From contig NIVC01001392.1 in NCBI GenBank assembly GCA_002269645.1, positions 233,919 to 297,918 of the forward strand: a stretch of DNA of 64,000 nucleotides, read 5' to 3'. The DNA is from Macrostomum lignano (lineage: Eukaryota). Of this stretch, positions 1 to 12,304 are shown one piece after another. How positions within the stretch are numbered: position 1 is the stretch's first letter; every line of letters starts with the position of its first letter. Position numbers and translations under genes: made by a program. The notes under the pieces were generated by a model. It was not told the DNA's origin. It saw only the letters and a program-made list of their open reading frames with translations, and did not search any database.

Positions 1-330
1 ACCCCGTCTCTCCCTGCATCCCTCAACCCCTTCTCTCCCTGCACCCCTCAACCCCCTCTCTCCCTGCATCCCTCAACCCCTTCTCTCCCTGCACCCCTCA
101 ACCCCCTCTCTCCCTGCATCCCTCAACCCCTTCTCTCCCTGCATCCCTCAACCCCCTCTCTCCCTGCATCCCTCAACCCCCTCTCTCCCTGCATCCCTCA
201 ACCCCTTCTCTCCCTGCATCCCTCAACCTCTTCTCTCCCTCCATATCACAACCCCCTCTCTCCCTCCATCTCTCAACCCTTCTTTCCCTCCATCTCTCAC
301 CCCTCTCAAAACTCTCAAATCCCTCAAACA
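1..330. repeat. 25-bp pyrimidine-rich minisatellite in a prominin intron
   Basis: Unit TCCCTGCATCCCTCAACCCC(T/C)TCTC recurs at 11, 36, 61...; it degenerates after about 240. Confidence 0.9.
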
Positions 331-393
331 CGGTATCTCTTGCCCTGTATTTCCTACACTTCCTTCCCGCCCGCTCGCAGTCTGGGTACTCAC

Positions 394-614
394 AGCATCA
401 CGGTGCACAGAACGGTGAGCGAGGTTCCATAACAGTTCCGCCTGCACCTGGCTCCCTTTCGCTCCATATGGTGCAGCCGGCCGCCGCACTTGCCGCAGCA
501 GCAGCGGCAGCAGAAGACGCAGCAGCCGGCCAACGGAACAATGATTATAAATAATAGTCCGAGACAGGTAAGAATAGCGTAACCAAGCATGCTCATTGTG
601 TGGCGGTGAGTTGT
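394..614 (-). CDS. PROM1: Prominin (CD133 family) internal exon: TM1, Cys-rich loop, start of TM2
   Basis: Translation GYAILTCLGLLFIIIVPLAGCCVFCCRCCCGKCGGRLHHMERKGARCRRNCYGTSLTVLC matches the prominin GLLFIILMPLVG-x-FCxCRCCxKCGG motif. Acceptor tttttcAG at 615-616, donor GTGAGT at 393-388. Phase 0 to phase 2. Confidence 0.88.
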
Positions 615-756
615 CTGAAAAATTCGATTTATTGCGTTTACAATTGGCAATATTCATTTTAATACTGACTTTTGCCGTCTTTACCTGTCTTCTTGAAGCA
701 GAAAATTATTCTCTTAATTCTTATTCCTTTTTCTTGCCTTCCCTTCCCTTTTCTTC

Positions 757-2468
757 CCACTCTCCCTCTCTCCCCTACCACTCTCCCTCTCTCCCCTACC
801 ACTCTCCCTCTCTCCCCTACCACTCTCCCTCTCTCCCCTACCACTCTCTCTCTCTCCCCTACCACTCTCCCTCTCTTCCCTATCACTCTCCCTCTCTCCC
901 CTACCACTCTCTCTCTCTCCCCTACCACTCTCCCTCTCTTCCCTATCACTCTCCCTCTCTCCCCTACCACTCTCCCTCTCTTCCCTACCACTCTCCCTCT
1001 CTTCCCTACCACTCTCCCTCTCTTCCCTATCACTCTCTCTCTCTCCCCTACCACTCTCTCTCTCTCCCCTACCACTCTCCCTCTCTTCCCTACCACTCTC
1101 CCTCTCTTCCCTACCACTCTCTCTCTCTCCCCTACCACTCTCCCTCTCTTCCCTATCACTCTCCCTCTCTCCCCTACCACTCTTCCTCTCTCCCCTACCA
1201 CTCTCCCTCTCTCCCCTACCACTCTCCCTCTCTCCCCTACCACTCTCTCTCTCTCTCCCCTACCACTCTCCCTCTCTCCCCTACCACTCTCCCTCTCTTC
1301 CCTACCACTCTCCCTCTCTCCCCTACCACTCTCTCTCTCCACTACCACTCTCCCTCTCTCCACTACCACTCTCCCTCTCTCCCCTACCACTCTCTCTCTC
1401 TCCCCTACCACTCTCCCTCTCTCCCCTACCACTCTCCCTCTCTTCCCTACCACTCTCCCTCTCTTCCCTACCACTCTCTCTCTCTCCCCTACCACTCTCC
1501 CTCTCTTCCCTATCACTCTCCCTCTCTCCCCTACCACTCTTCCTCTCTCCCCTACCACTCTCCCTCTCTTCCCTACCACTCTCCCTCTCTCCCCTACCAC
1601 TCTCCCTCTCTCCCCTACCACTCTCCCTCTCTCCCCTACCACTCTCCCTCTCTCCCCTACCACTCTCTCTCTCTCCACTACCACTCTCCCTCTCTCCCCT
1701 ACCACTCTCCCTCTCTCCCCTACCACTCTCTCTCTCCCCTACCACTCTCTCTCTCTCCCCTACCACTCTCTCTCTCCCCTACCACTCTCCCTCTCTTCCC
1801 TACCACTCTCCCTCTCTTCCCTACCACTCTCCCTCTCTCCCCTACCACTCTCCCTCTCTCCCCTACCACTCTCCCTCTCTCCCCTACCACTCTCCCTCTC
1901 TCCCCTACCACTCTCTCTCTCTCCCCTACCACTCTCCCTCTCTTCCCTACCACTCTCCCTCTCTTCCCTACCACTCTCCCTCTCTTCCCTATCACTCTCC
2001 CTCTCTCCCCTACCACTCTCCCTCTCTTCCCTACCACTCTCCCTCTCTTCCCTACCACTCTCCCTCTCTTCCCTACCACTCTCCCTCTCTTCCCTACCAC
2101 TCTTCCTCTCTCCCCTACCACTCTCCCTCTCTTCCCTACCACTCTCTCTCTCTCCCCTACCACTCTCCCTCTCTTCCCTATCACTCTCTCTCTCCCCTAC
2201 CACTCTCCCTCTCTCCCCTACCACTCTCCCTCTCTCCCCTACCACTCTCTCTCTCTCCCCTACCACTCTCCCTCTCTTCCCTATCACTCTCCCTCTCTCC
2301 CCTACCACTCTCTCTCTCTCCCCTACCACTCTCCCTCTCTTCCCTATCACTCTCCCTCTCTCCCCTACCACTCTCCCTCTCTTCCCTACCACTCTCCCTC
2401 TCTTCCCTACCACTCTCCCTCTCTTCCCTACCACTCTCCCTCTCTCCCCTACTGCTCTCCTTCTCTCC
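757..2468. repeat. 21-bp CT-rich minisatellite (about 80 copies), prominin intron
   Basis: Unit CCCTACCACTCTCCCTCTCTC; source of the SPSLPYH and VVGERGR pseudo-ORFs. Confidence 0.95.
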
Positions 2469-2908
2469 CCTAATATTTATAATCATTCGATCAAACACTA
2501 ATTTTCGGGTATTATTTTACCCTGGGGCGGGTGCCGCACTACTCGCTACGTAGTATACTCTTACTTGCGAACTGCACTCCGGGCGTCGGGAGTATTGGGC
2601 AAACAGAAAGCTACAAACTGCAGGCGCTGGTGATTAATCAGGTTAGCTAATTCTTTTGCACTGGACAAACACAGCTGGGACGGCAGACACAATGCAGATT
2701 ATCGCTTATTCTATTCCTAAATCAATGCAGCCATGCCTAAATGATATGGAAGCTTGCGTCTAACAGATATTTCTGTGCTAATAAACAGAGAACGCCATCT
2801 TACCGTTTGCCAATCTGAGTAGTACTCTGCTATAACGCTGTGATCTGAAAAGTAGAAGGTAAAAAATGGCGATATATGCAGATGGTAGATATGCAGATGC
2901 AAACAGAC

Positions 2909-2948
<40 letters not shown>

Positions 2949-2957
2949 GGATAGATG

Positions 2958-3001
<44 letters not shown>
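2909..3001. repeat. (TAGA)n microsatellite
   Basis: Direct reading; lies just inside the intron after prominin exon 1. Confidence 0.95.
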
Positions 3002-3027
3002 CACAGATAAACAGATAGTAGACTCAC

Positions 3028-3271
3028 TAGTAAACACCCGAATGCCATCCTCCAGTAGACCAATGGACTTATCAACGGGCTGGATGAAGTCTAAAAACTG
3101 CTCAGTGAGCTGGTAGAACGGCTCTACAGACTTTTTCAATGGAGCAGCTGAATCTTCTTTTGATGGCATCGGCTTGGCGCACAAACTGTTGCTAGGCAAA
3201 TAAAGCAGAATGCCCAATAGACAGGGCAGCCATGAGGCAGTAGGCAAAATTGCCTTCTGTTTGCTTGGCAT
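3028..3271 (-). CDS. PROM1: Prominin first coding exon (signal peptide plus N-terminal extracellular segment)
   Basis: MPSKQKAILPTASWLPCLLGILLYLPSNSLCA is signal-peptide-like; VEPFYQLTEQFLDFIQP resembles the prominin N-terminal FLxxVQP motif. Donor A|GTGAGT at 3027. Same strand and upstream of the TM1 exon. Confidence 0.75.
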
Positions 3272-3299
3272 TTAATTTCTGCAATCAGATGATTATTAA

Positions 3300-6200
3300 G
3301 CAGGTCTAGCAGTGGTGCAAAATGTGTATTTTATTTATGTTTAAGTTCCTAGAAATATTTTAATTACTTGTCCTGAAATTGAAATGCCATTTGTGCAGCT
3401 ACTCATATTAGAATATTAAATTGAGATTAAATTCGGATAAGTAGAAACTGTACATTTATATATAATTTTTTTGAGTTTTGAAATGAAGTACATTAGATAC
3501 AAATGGGTGTTTTGCATTAGTATAGCTGTAGCCTATAGGAATAGAATGCCATGGCAGCTATGATAAATTTTGGTAAGGGGCCATAGCCTAAATAGTCTAA
3601 CATAGCACTCTTATATGCTAATAGCCTAGGCTTAATTCCAAATGTAGTCACATTAATTCAAGGCAATTAATGCCTTTGAAGGCCAACCCCTAGGCATAGT
3701 GAGGTGTATATGCCTCAGTTGGATTCATGACTTTAATGTTAGTGGTTTGATAATAGCAAGGCAATTTGCCAAAAGTTTTGTAATATGTATCTATTGTAAA
3801 ATAAACAAATATACTAATAAACAAATAATGTTACAATGTTAAAATTTATTACAATAAAATACAGAACATTAAAATGAGGGTCTTGTTTCCCATTCATGTC
3901 CCATACAATGAGCACTTGCATAATTTACTAAGAATGTCCTAAAGGTTATTAAAAAATTATAAATATTTTTATTTTAAACTGAATTAATTATGTCTAAAAA
4001 TGATGTTCAATTTTATTTTTTTTTGCCATTTTTTTTCACCATTTTATTTTAATAGTACGAAAGTTAACCAATGACTTTCTAGAGTATACAATTTTTCTTC
4101 ATTTTATGTATACACGTTTATTTAGTAGTGCATGCCAAAAAATTCTTGCACTCTGTGTGCAACAGTTTTGGTAATGACATTTTTTTTAAACTGAATGTCT
4201 CACAATAATAGCAAAATGTACATAGTAATCTTTTTGTATATCTGCAATAAGGAAAACAATTTTTTGTGTGATGCAATACAATTTTAAGGCATTTATTTTG
4301 TTTAAGTGTTTCTTTTTTGTTTTTTTTAAAGTGCATCTTGCATTAATTATTAATGCAAGTTTAAGTATCCCTTGCTTACCTAGTTTATTATGGATAGTTT
4401 CTTTTTTGCTTTTTAAATCCCTTGTTAAAATCATCCCTCAATTTACTTTTGTCTTTTTCCTACAAATATAAATCAACAATTTCTGTTCTCCATTTTTTAT
4501 TCCTAGTTTAAAAATTGCATAATTTTTTTGCTACTTTTACTTTACTCAACTGTACTTTACTACATTGTATTAAGCTTAGTTTTTGGTATTTTCTATAAAA
4601 ATGGAATGGAAAATTGTATTTTAGGGTAGAATTTTAGGATGCTTATTTTGTAAAGTCAGGATGCAATTTTAAGGCTGATGTGCATAGGCTGCATAGCCTG
4701 CCATAGGAAAATCCCAAAATTTAAGACTGGAATTTTAATTTTCTTTTACATTATAATTAGCAATTGGCAAACCAAAAAGTGTTAGGCCTATAACTATAAT
4801 AGGTGGCATAGCTTAGCTATAGTAAGTAAAAAAATTGTTAAAGTCTTGGCTGTCGCCAAGTCAACCTGTCGCCGAATTAATTGGTTCCCTAATCATGTAT
4901 TGACATAATAAATAGCTAAGAAGTTTTGCGTAAAAAAATTATTTTATTTTACATTGTCATTGGTGTTAAATTGATAAAACATGAATTTTCATTCCAGCAT
5001 ACACCTGCCATGATCCAGACTATGGCTTAGGTATTTTGATATAACAAATCAATAACAAAAACAATAGGCCTAACTGTTTATGTTCAAATGAAAAATTAAT
5101 TTAACAAACAAGAGGAAAATTGCCTATCTATATTATATAACAAGATTGTTAGTTTTAAGGCCTATTGTACTAGGGCCTAATTAATTTATATAAAAGAAAC
5201 CAACTGCAACATTGCCAAATGTCAAAGGATACCAATAGCAACTACAAATATCATATGCTAGTGAAAAGAACTGTTTTAATATTATATCTGTAGACACTAC
5301 AAATATAAATATATATAATTTCAAATATACAAGTTTTGCTCATTATTAGGGGCCTATATTAATTACAGGAAACAGGACCCACATTATACTTTATAGCAAA
5401 ACATTTAATAAAATGCATATGATTATTTTTTCATTTTGCTTGCATATATATAAAATATAATAATAAGTCTGATAAGATAAGATTGTTCTAATAATATTTC
5501 TATTAATGTACTAAAAGACTTTAGCTAAAGCCAATTGCTTCACTTGTGTAGTTGTACATTATACAAGTTAGGTTTAGGCCTAATTTCCTCTAAATTTTAA
5601 TCTTAAGATCCTACTGGAAACATATACATAAGGGTTTATATTTGTAGTAGGGTTCAATGGATATATTTTTATATTCATACTTCATCTATTTTAGAGAAAA
5701 AAGAATAAATAATAAACTGATATCATCATTGATCATGCGCCTAAAAATTAGAACACTTACACTTAACAATTCTACATAATGATTCCGATCCTACAAAAAT
5801 ATGTTACAACATTTTAATTAAAGTGTTTTTTAGAAATTTTCTACAATACCGTGAACTAAGTTAAACAAAGAACTTTAAATTAATATGACATAAATCAATA
5901 TTAAAACATTTTTACCTTAAATGCTCTTTATTAACTGTTTTCAATGAAATTATGCACTTGTTAGGAATTTATTCGAAAAGTTTCTATGATCAGAATTTTT
6001 GGATAAAGGCGTGATTTATATAGCACAGACAAAAAGATATCTAGCTAGTCTTTGCGCGGACGCAAGTCATGGAGGACTGGGGGTTGAGCCTGATGGCCTG
6101 CAACTCATTCAGAAACGTATTATTTAGCGTCACAGTTCGGCCTTGGCACCCGTGTTGACAGATACGCCGCTTTATAAAGCCAAATTGAACATGATCGCTG

Positions 6201-7560
6201 ACCGCCTTTAAGGCTGTTGTGAACAAGTTCTGTGTTCAAAGATCATGTTCGCAAGGCCTACTAAAGCGAACTAATATATTCAATCGGCTGGTAAAATTGC
6301 CGTCGATTTAAAATGAGCTAGGGGCCTAGACTATTATAGTTTTAGGCTAGGGTAAGGTTAAGTACAAGAGTCGTTACAGTTTAATACTAAGCCATTTCAT
6401 TATTGTTAAGCATTAGCAAGTAGTTAATCTTTACTAGGCTTAGACACAACTGGACTAATTGACTAGGCCCTAATAGGCCTAGTTCAAAAAGCTACATTTG
6501 ATATCAAGCAACTATTTCATTGTTGGAATTTAATTGTACTGTAGTATAGGCCAATTCACATTTTCTGGTCTACTTTAAAATAACAGGTATATTATCTTTA
6601 GTTAGAAGGCTAGGATAGGCTAATAATGACTAGATATGAGTTGATAAGATAAGTTCTTTCTAATCTATATCTGGGCTTCTTGGTTGAAATTTTAGAGCCT
6701 AGCACCAGGCCTATATATAGCATATGCTAGGCTTATCTATGGCTAGTATAGGTTTTTATTGTAGCCATCAGCCATGTAAAGGTAGGGCTAGGTCTAATCA
6801 AGTGTTATATATTATATGGACATATAGCTCATATACATGATATAGCTAGGTAGCTACTTTGTCTTTAGGCTATAAAAAAGTTTTTGTTATTAATATTAGG
6901 CCTAGTACTAGTAAATTATTTGTAAAGCCTATATTAAACATAAACATTTCTAGTTCTAATTCTAGTATAGAGCCTACTATACTATGAACATTTAACAAAT
7001 ATATTTTGTTAGTATAGGCCTAGCCTATTACTTTGTTGTTATAAGTTAAAAAAGTAAATAAAAAAGTTTTGCCTATACTATAGCTTAACAAGGCTTAGCT
7101 AGGCTATTATTCTTTTTAAACAACCTTTATGACTATCTTACCTAGTTAGACTAGGCTAGTCTACCTGACTTAGTCTATCTAATCTAGTTTATTCTAGCTA
7201 GGCTTCTTTATTCTAAGCTATTTTTCTTTGGCTAGCCTTTATAATTATCTTTCAAGGAAATATCTAGAGAAATTTGAAAAGGGCAAACTATACAAAGCAA
7301 CTATAACCTAAAATTAGAAAATAGACCTTGGCCAAAATATATGACCCAGAGTTTTTAATCCATAGTTAAGGGAGATATCATGGCTATGGCCCCTTGGGAC
7401 CTTTGGATCTATCCTTGCTATCTCTTCTAGGTAGCCTTTCTAGGCACTCCCCTCTAGACTATCTAGGCCATCTATTCTAGGCTATTCTTCTTAGGTAGTC
7501 CTTCTAGGCTGTCTTTCCTAGGTAGCCCTCCTAGACAGTTCCTCTAGGCTATCTCTCCTA
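3300..7560. other. AT-rich, CpG-poor, TpA/CTAG-rich domain (apparently hypermutated repeat-derived DNA)
   Basis: Very few CG dinucleotides outside 6040-6375; dense TAG/CTA/TAGGCCTA; no credible ORFs. Confidence 0.75.
3577..3718 (+). mobile_element. Heavily mutated copy of the tRNA-derived SINE at 37293
   Basis: Aligns by eye: cctaggcttaattccaa vs cccaggctcaattccaa; gcaattaatgcctttgaaggccaacccctaggcatagtgaggtgt vs gcaattaacgtccttgagggccaaccccaaggtacagtgaagtgt. Confidence 0.65.
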
Positions 7561-7589
7561 CTTTACCTTTCCCAGACAGCCCTATTAGG

Positions 7590-8990
7590 CTACCCCTCTA
7601 TGGCTACCCTTCCTATTCAACCCCTCAGGCTTCCTCTTATTCTACCTCTCCCATTCTACCCCTCCCAGACTACCCTTCCCATTCTACCCCTCCCATTCTA
7701 CCCCTCCCATTATACCCCTCCCAGGCTACCTTTCCTAGGCTACCCTTCCCAGACTACCCTTCCCAGGCTACCCTTCCCAGGCTACCCTTCCCAGGCTACC
7801 CTTCCCAGGCTACCCTTCCCAGGCTACCCTTCCCAGGCTACCCTTCCCAGGCTACCCTTCCCAGGCTACCCTTCCCAGGCTACCTCTCCCATGCTACCCT
7901 TCCCAGGCAGCCCTCCCATTCTACCCCTCCTAGGCTACCCTTCCCAGGCTACCCTTCCCAGGCTACCTCCCATTCTACCCTTCCCAGGCTACCTCTCCCA
8001 TTCTACCCTTCCCAGGCTACCCTCCCATTCTACCCCTCCCAGGCTACCATTCCCAGGCTACCCCTCCCAGGCTACCCTTCCCAGGCTACCCTTCCTAGGC
8101 TAGCCCTCCCAGGATAACCATCCGAGGATACCCTTCCCAGTGAGCTCTCAGCTCTCCCAAGCTACCCCGTCCAGTTTACCCCTCCCACTATACCCATCCC
8201 AAGCTACTTTCCTATGCAACCCTCCCAGGCTACCCCTGCTACTCTACCCCTCTCAGGCTACCCCTTCCATCACAACCTCTTCCAGGCTCTCTCCCAGGCT
8301 ACCCTTCCTACTCAAACCATCAGGCTCCTCTTTCCTACTCTTCCCCTCCTACTCTTCCCCTTCTACTCTACACCTCCCAGGCGAACCTTCCCAGGCAGCC
8401 CTCCCAGCCTACCCCTCCCAGACAGCCCTCCCAGCCTACCCACCCCTCCCAGGCAGCCCTCCCAGCGTACCCCTCCCAGCTTACCCCTCCCAAGCAGCCC
8501 TCCCTGCCTACCCCTCCCAGGCAGCCCTCCCAGCGTACCCCTCCCAGCCTACTCCTCCCAGGCAGCCCTCCCTGCCTACCCCTCCCAGGCAGCGCTCCGA
8601 GACTACCCACCCCTCCCAGGCAGCCCTCCCAGCCTACCCCTCCCAGGCAGCCCTCCCAGCCTACCCCTCCCAGCCTACCCCTCCCAGCCTACCCCTCCCA
8701 GGCAGCCCTCCCAGCCTACCCCTCCCAGCCTACCCCTCCCAGGCAGCCCTCCCAGCCTACCCCTTCCAGCCTACCCCTCCCAGGCAGCCCTCCCAGCCTA
8801 CCCCTCCCAGCCTACCCCTCCCAGCCTACCCCTCCCAGCCTACCCCTCCCAGCCTACCCCTCCCAGCCTACCCCTCCTAGGCAGCCCTCCCTGCCTACCC
8901 CTCCCAGGCAGCGCTCCGAGACTACCCCTCCTACTCTACCCCTCCCAGGCAGCCCTTCCAGGCTACTCCTCCCAGGCTACCCCTTCCATG
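7590..8990. repeat. C-rich minisatellite (13-14 bp CTACCCTTCCCAGG / CCTACCCCTCCCAG units) in the left arm
   Basis: Direct reading; shorter inverted counterpart at about 17270-18480. Confidence 0.9.
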
Positions 8991-9278
8991 GCAACCACTT
9001 CCAGGCTATCTCCCACTGTGCCCCCGTGTACTGTCACCATTTATGTTCGAAACTGAGAAGATTGTTTCGTTTTGGTATTATTTAAAAAGATAATGCATCA
9101 TTATTTACTTCAGACGCCTCACTCTCATTATTTCAGGTGCGTACATGCGAGTCAGCTAACGCTGACGCCGCACTTAGTATTCGGCTTTCCAACGGGGAAC
9201 TGTGCGTTTATGAAAGCTATTTGGGATTTGGGATGCCAGAAAAGAAATACTATTTTGCAAGGATCCGATGAATGCTGC

Positions 9279-10063
9279 CGCTTCGGCTGCAGTGACCACC
9301 GGCTCAAGCGGAGGACGATCGCAGGACTGTTTGCTGCCTGCCACTTCGGCTGCAGTGACCACCGGCTCAAGCGGAGGACGATCGCAGGACTGTTTGCTGC
9401 CTGCCGCTTGCTGCAGTGACCACCGGCTCAAGCGGAGGACGATCGCAGGACTGTTTGCTGCCTGCCACTTCGGCTGCAGTGACCACCGGCTCAAGCGGAG
9501 GACGATCGCAGGACTGTTTGCTGCCTGCCGCTTGCTGCAGTGACCACCGGCTCAAGCGGAGGACGATCGCAGGACTGTTTGCTGCCTGCCGCTTGCTGCA
9601 GTGACCACCGGCTCAAGCGGAGGACGATCGCAGGACTGTTTGCTGCCTGCCACTTCGGCTGCAGTGACCACCGGCTCAAGCGGAGGACGATCGCAGGACT
9701 GTTTGCTGCCTGCCGCTTGCTGCAGTGACCACCGGCTCAAGCGGAGGACGATCGCAGGACTGTTTGCTGCCTGCCGCTTGCTGCAGTGACCACCGGCTCA
9801 AGCGGAGGACGATCGCAGGACTGTTTGCTGCCTGCCGCTTGCTGCAGTGACCACCGGCTCAAGCGGAGGACGATCGCAGGACTGTTTGCTGCCTGCCACT
9901 TCGGCTGCAGTGACCACCGGCTCAAGCGGAGGACGATCGCAGGACTGTTTGCTGCCTGCCGCTTCGGCTGCAGTGACCACCGGCTCAAGCGGAGGACGAT
10001 CGCAGGACTGTTTGCTGCCTGCCGCTTGCTGCAGTGACCACCGGCTCAAGCGGAGGACGATCG
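9279..10063. repeat. 61/63-bp tandem array (12 full copies plus 1 partial)
   Basis: 57-bp core GCTGCAGTGACCACCGGCTCAAGCGGAGGACGATCGCAGGACTGTTTGCTGCCTGCC followed by ACTTCG or GCTT; the right arm has only 1 full plus 1 partial copy (16873-16982). Confidence 0.95.
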
Positions 10064-11862
10064 CTGCTCCGCGTGCTATCATCTACGAGTGTTGCGAGTG
10101 CTAAGGGCGAACGAAGGACTAATGAAGGAGCATATTATCCGATTTCCTTCAGAGGCGATCCTTGCCAGTTATTTATCTTCGCGTGGAATTAGCAGTGAGT
10201 AAAAAATATGAGTATTATGTGCTGCCGCTTATACACTCTACAATATCATCAGCAGAATACGTTAAATGAGGTCGTTTGAAACAAAAAGAGTATGTAGATG
10301 GTAAGATGGCATGTATTTAGCTTCTTCCTAGTAAAATCAGTGAATTGTTTTGGTCGCGTACATAACCTATTCAGCTTCTCCGCTCATAGTCACTCCAGCA
10401 TTAAGTGCTAACAATGCAGATTAGCTATGAACTGTATTGGAATGCTTTGCATCATGCATTTGCATTTTAAATAAAAGGAATTTTTCTCTCATTCTTGGCA
10501 GGTGTGGAGATGAGACAAAGCAATGTGCATTACGCTGCTGCCGATGCACAGAACGCAGAGTGCACGCAGGATCCTCGTAGAAGGATCTCAGAAAGAAGAC
10601 GACAGTGACGACTACGACATGTATGACTATTCAGCCACATTGGACAGAAATTAGCTGTTAGCCGTTTAAATATGTTTGGTCACACTTCTCTGTGACTGTG
10701 GCATGTAGAACATTTAATCCGTGACCTCTTTGCAATATTGCACTACCATCAAACCGTGACCCTCTTTCTCTCGCTCTGTACTGCTGTAACCAGTTTTTTG
10801 TCCCCCCTGTCGAGTTTTGCTAATCAAACTGTGAGAGAACTATGCAGCGCGTTTTTTCGCCAAACCTGGTATTATAAACATGTGACTCTAAAATAAAACA
10901 GGCTGCACTGCTTTTACCTATGCTTTTTACGATAATTCACTCTGTCCTGTTCTGAAACATTCCTGTTTTATCGAATTCTCTTTTGATGACACAAATATGG
11001 TCACACGACGGTCACAAAGAATAGTGGGAGGTAGAGCCATAGGGCGAGAGGTATAAAGTATATGATTTTACATTACAGTAGTCTCAATAGTTTGTCTACC
11101 CCTCTTGGCCTCCCTTTCTCCTCGCCCTCTGTCTCTGCAGCACCTGTTGGTTAAACATGAGAGGAAAGCTCGGCGAGAAAAGCCTCTGTGTAAAAGTCTC
11201 GTACCTGACATCCTGTCACTTTTAAATAGCCTTATGACTTTCCTGGTACATGGACATTTACATATGTAAGTTGTTTCCATTCGATCAAGGCAAATGATCT
11301 ATAATTAGTATAGGTATACTAGTAATAGTAAATTCAGTTAGTCTTATCATGCACGAGCAATGGCGGATCTAGAATCTGCCATAGCATAGGGAGGCCAAAC
11401 ATGAGTATGAGGGGTACCAATTATGAGGGGGCGCAAAAATCTGTACTGCTGAAAATAACGAATGGGAAACACGGATTGCATGTTATCAATTTCTTAAATA
11501 CGTATTTGAACTGAGAAGCACAATACCGGGGAGAAGTGTTTAGCCTTCTCTCTGCTTGGCAAGTGCACATGCACTATATACATGCAAGTTATTGTGCAGA
11601 TTTGAGAGTTGTGTACAGTAGTAGAGGGTTACTTGACTTAGCTGCAGGGGTTCCAGGCATCCGGACGCAGCGAGGAGGCGTTATTTGTGGATCTATGAGA
11701 ATTTTGAGAATTTCGTGATTGCCTGTTTACCTTAAGAAAGAAATTATAAAAAGGAAAGCTATTAGCAGAGACGCGATTTTCTTTTGATAAATTCGACACA
11801 GGCAGGCAGCCAGGCAGGCAGACAGACAGGTAGGAAGGTAGGTAGGAAGGTAAACAGGCAAT

Positions 11863-12304
11863 CACGAGAAATTTCTTGCGGGAAAATCTTTCTGCTGGAA
11901 AAAGTCTGCGGGGAAAATTCGTGCGGGAAGATCTCGTGCGGTAAAGCTCCTGCGGGGAAAGCTCGGCGGGAAAAATTCCTGCGGGAAAATCTCATGCGGT
12001 AAAGCTCCTGCGGGGAAAGCTCGGCGGGAAAAATTCCTGCGGGAAAATCTCGTGCGGTAAAGCTCCTGCGGGGAAAGCTCGGCGGGAAAAATTCCTGCGG
12101 GAAATTCTCGTGCGGTAAAGCTCCTGCGGGGAAAGCTCGGCGGGAAAAATTCCTGCGGGAAATTCTCGTGCGGTAAAGCTCCTGCGGGGAAAGCTCCTGC
12201 GGCAAATTTTCGTTGCGGGAAAAACTCGCTGCGGGAAAATCTCGTGCGGGAAAGCTCCTGCGGGGAAAGCTCGGCGGGAAAAATTCCTGCGGGAAATTCT
12301 CGTG
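11863..12304. mobile_element. MITE-like element with short imperfect TIRs and an internal array of about 55 bp unit
   Basis: Left CACGAGAAATTTCTTGC vs right GCGGGAAATTCTCGTG; internal unit GCGGTAAAGCTCCTGCGGGGAAAGCTCGGCGGGAAAAATTCCTGCGGGAAA(A)TCTCGT. Confidence 0.55.

Larger units (their letters stand above)
6174..10083 (+). repeat. Left arm of a large inverted duplication
   Basis: Reverse complement of 16858-19925. For example ataaagccaaattgaacatgatcgctgacc (6174) pairs with ggtcagcgatcatgttcaatttggctttat (ends 19925); inner ends match to gcgtgct(a/g)tcatc. Confidence 0.95.

Noticed and set aside
596-2501. Long ORFs (625, 609, 355 aa) with SPSLPYH / VVGERGR repeats
   Set aside because: Translations of a 21-bp intronic minisatellite; open in several frames only because the unit length is a multiple of 3 and lacks stops.
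6040-6310. CpG-containing patch reading LCADASHGGLGV..LQLIQKRII with in-frame stops, faintly like an R2/NeSL RT thumb
   Set aside because: Too short and degenerate to call without a profile search.
9138-9272. Possible exon VRTCESANADAALSIRLSNGELCVYESYLGFGMPEKKYYFARIR* in the arm
   Set aside because: The acceptor AG is absent from the other arm's copy, there is no upstream partner exon, and I recognise no homology.
9279-10063. CRISPR-like or twister-ribozyme-like appearance of the 61/63-bp array
   Set aside because: No unique spacers, no cas genes, eukaryotic context; the CCGGCTCAAGC resemblance to twister lacks the required stems and pseudoknots.
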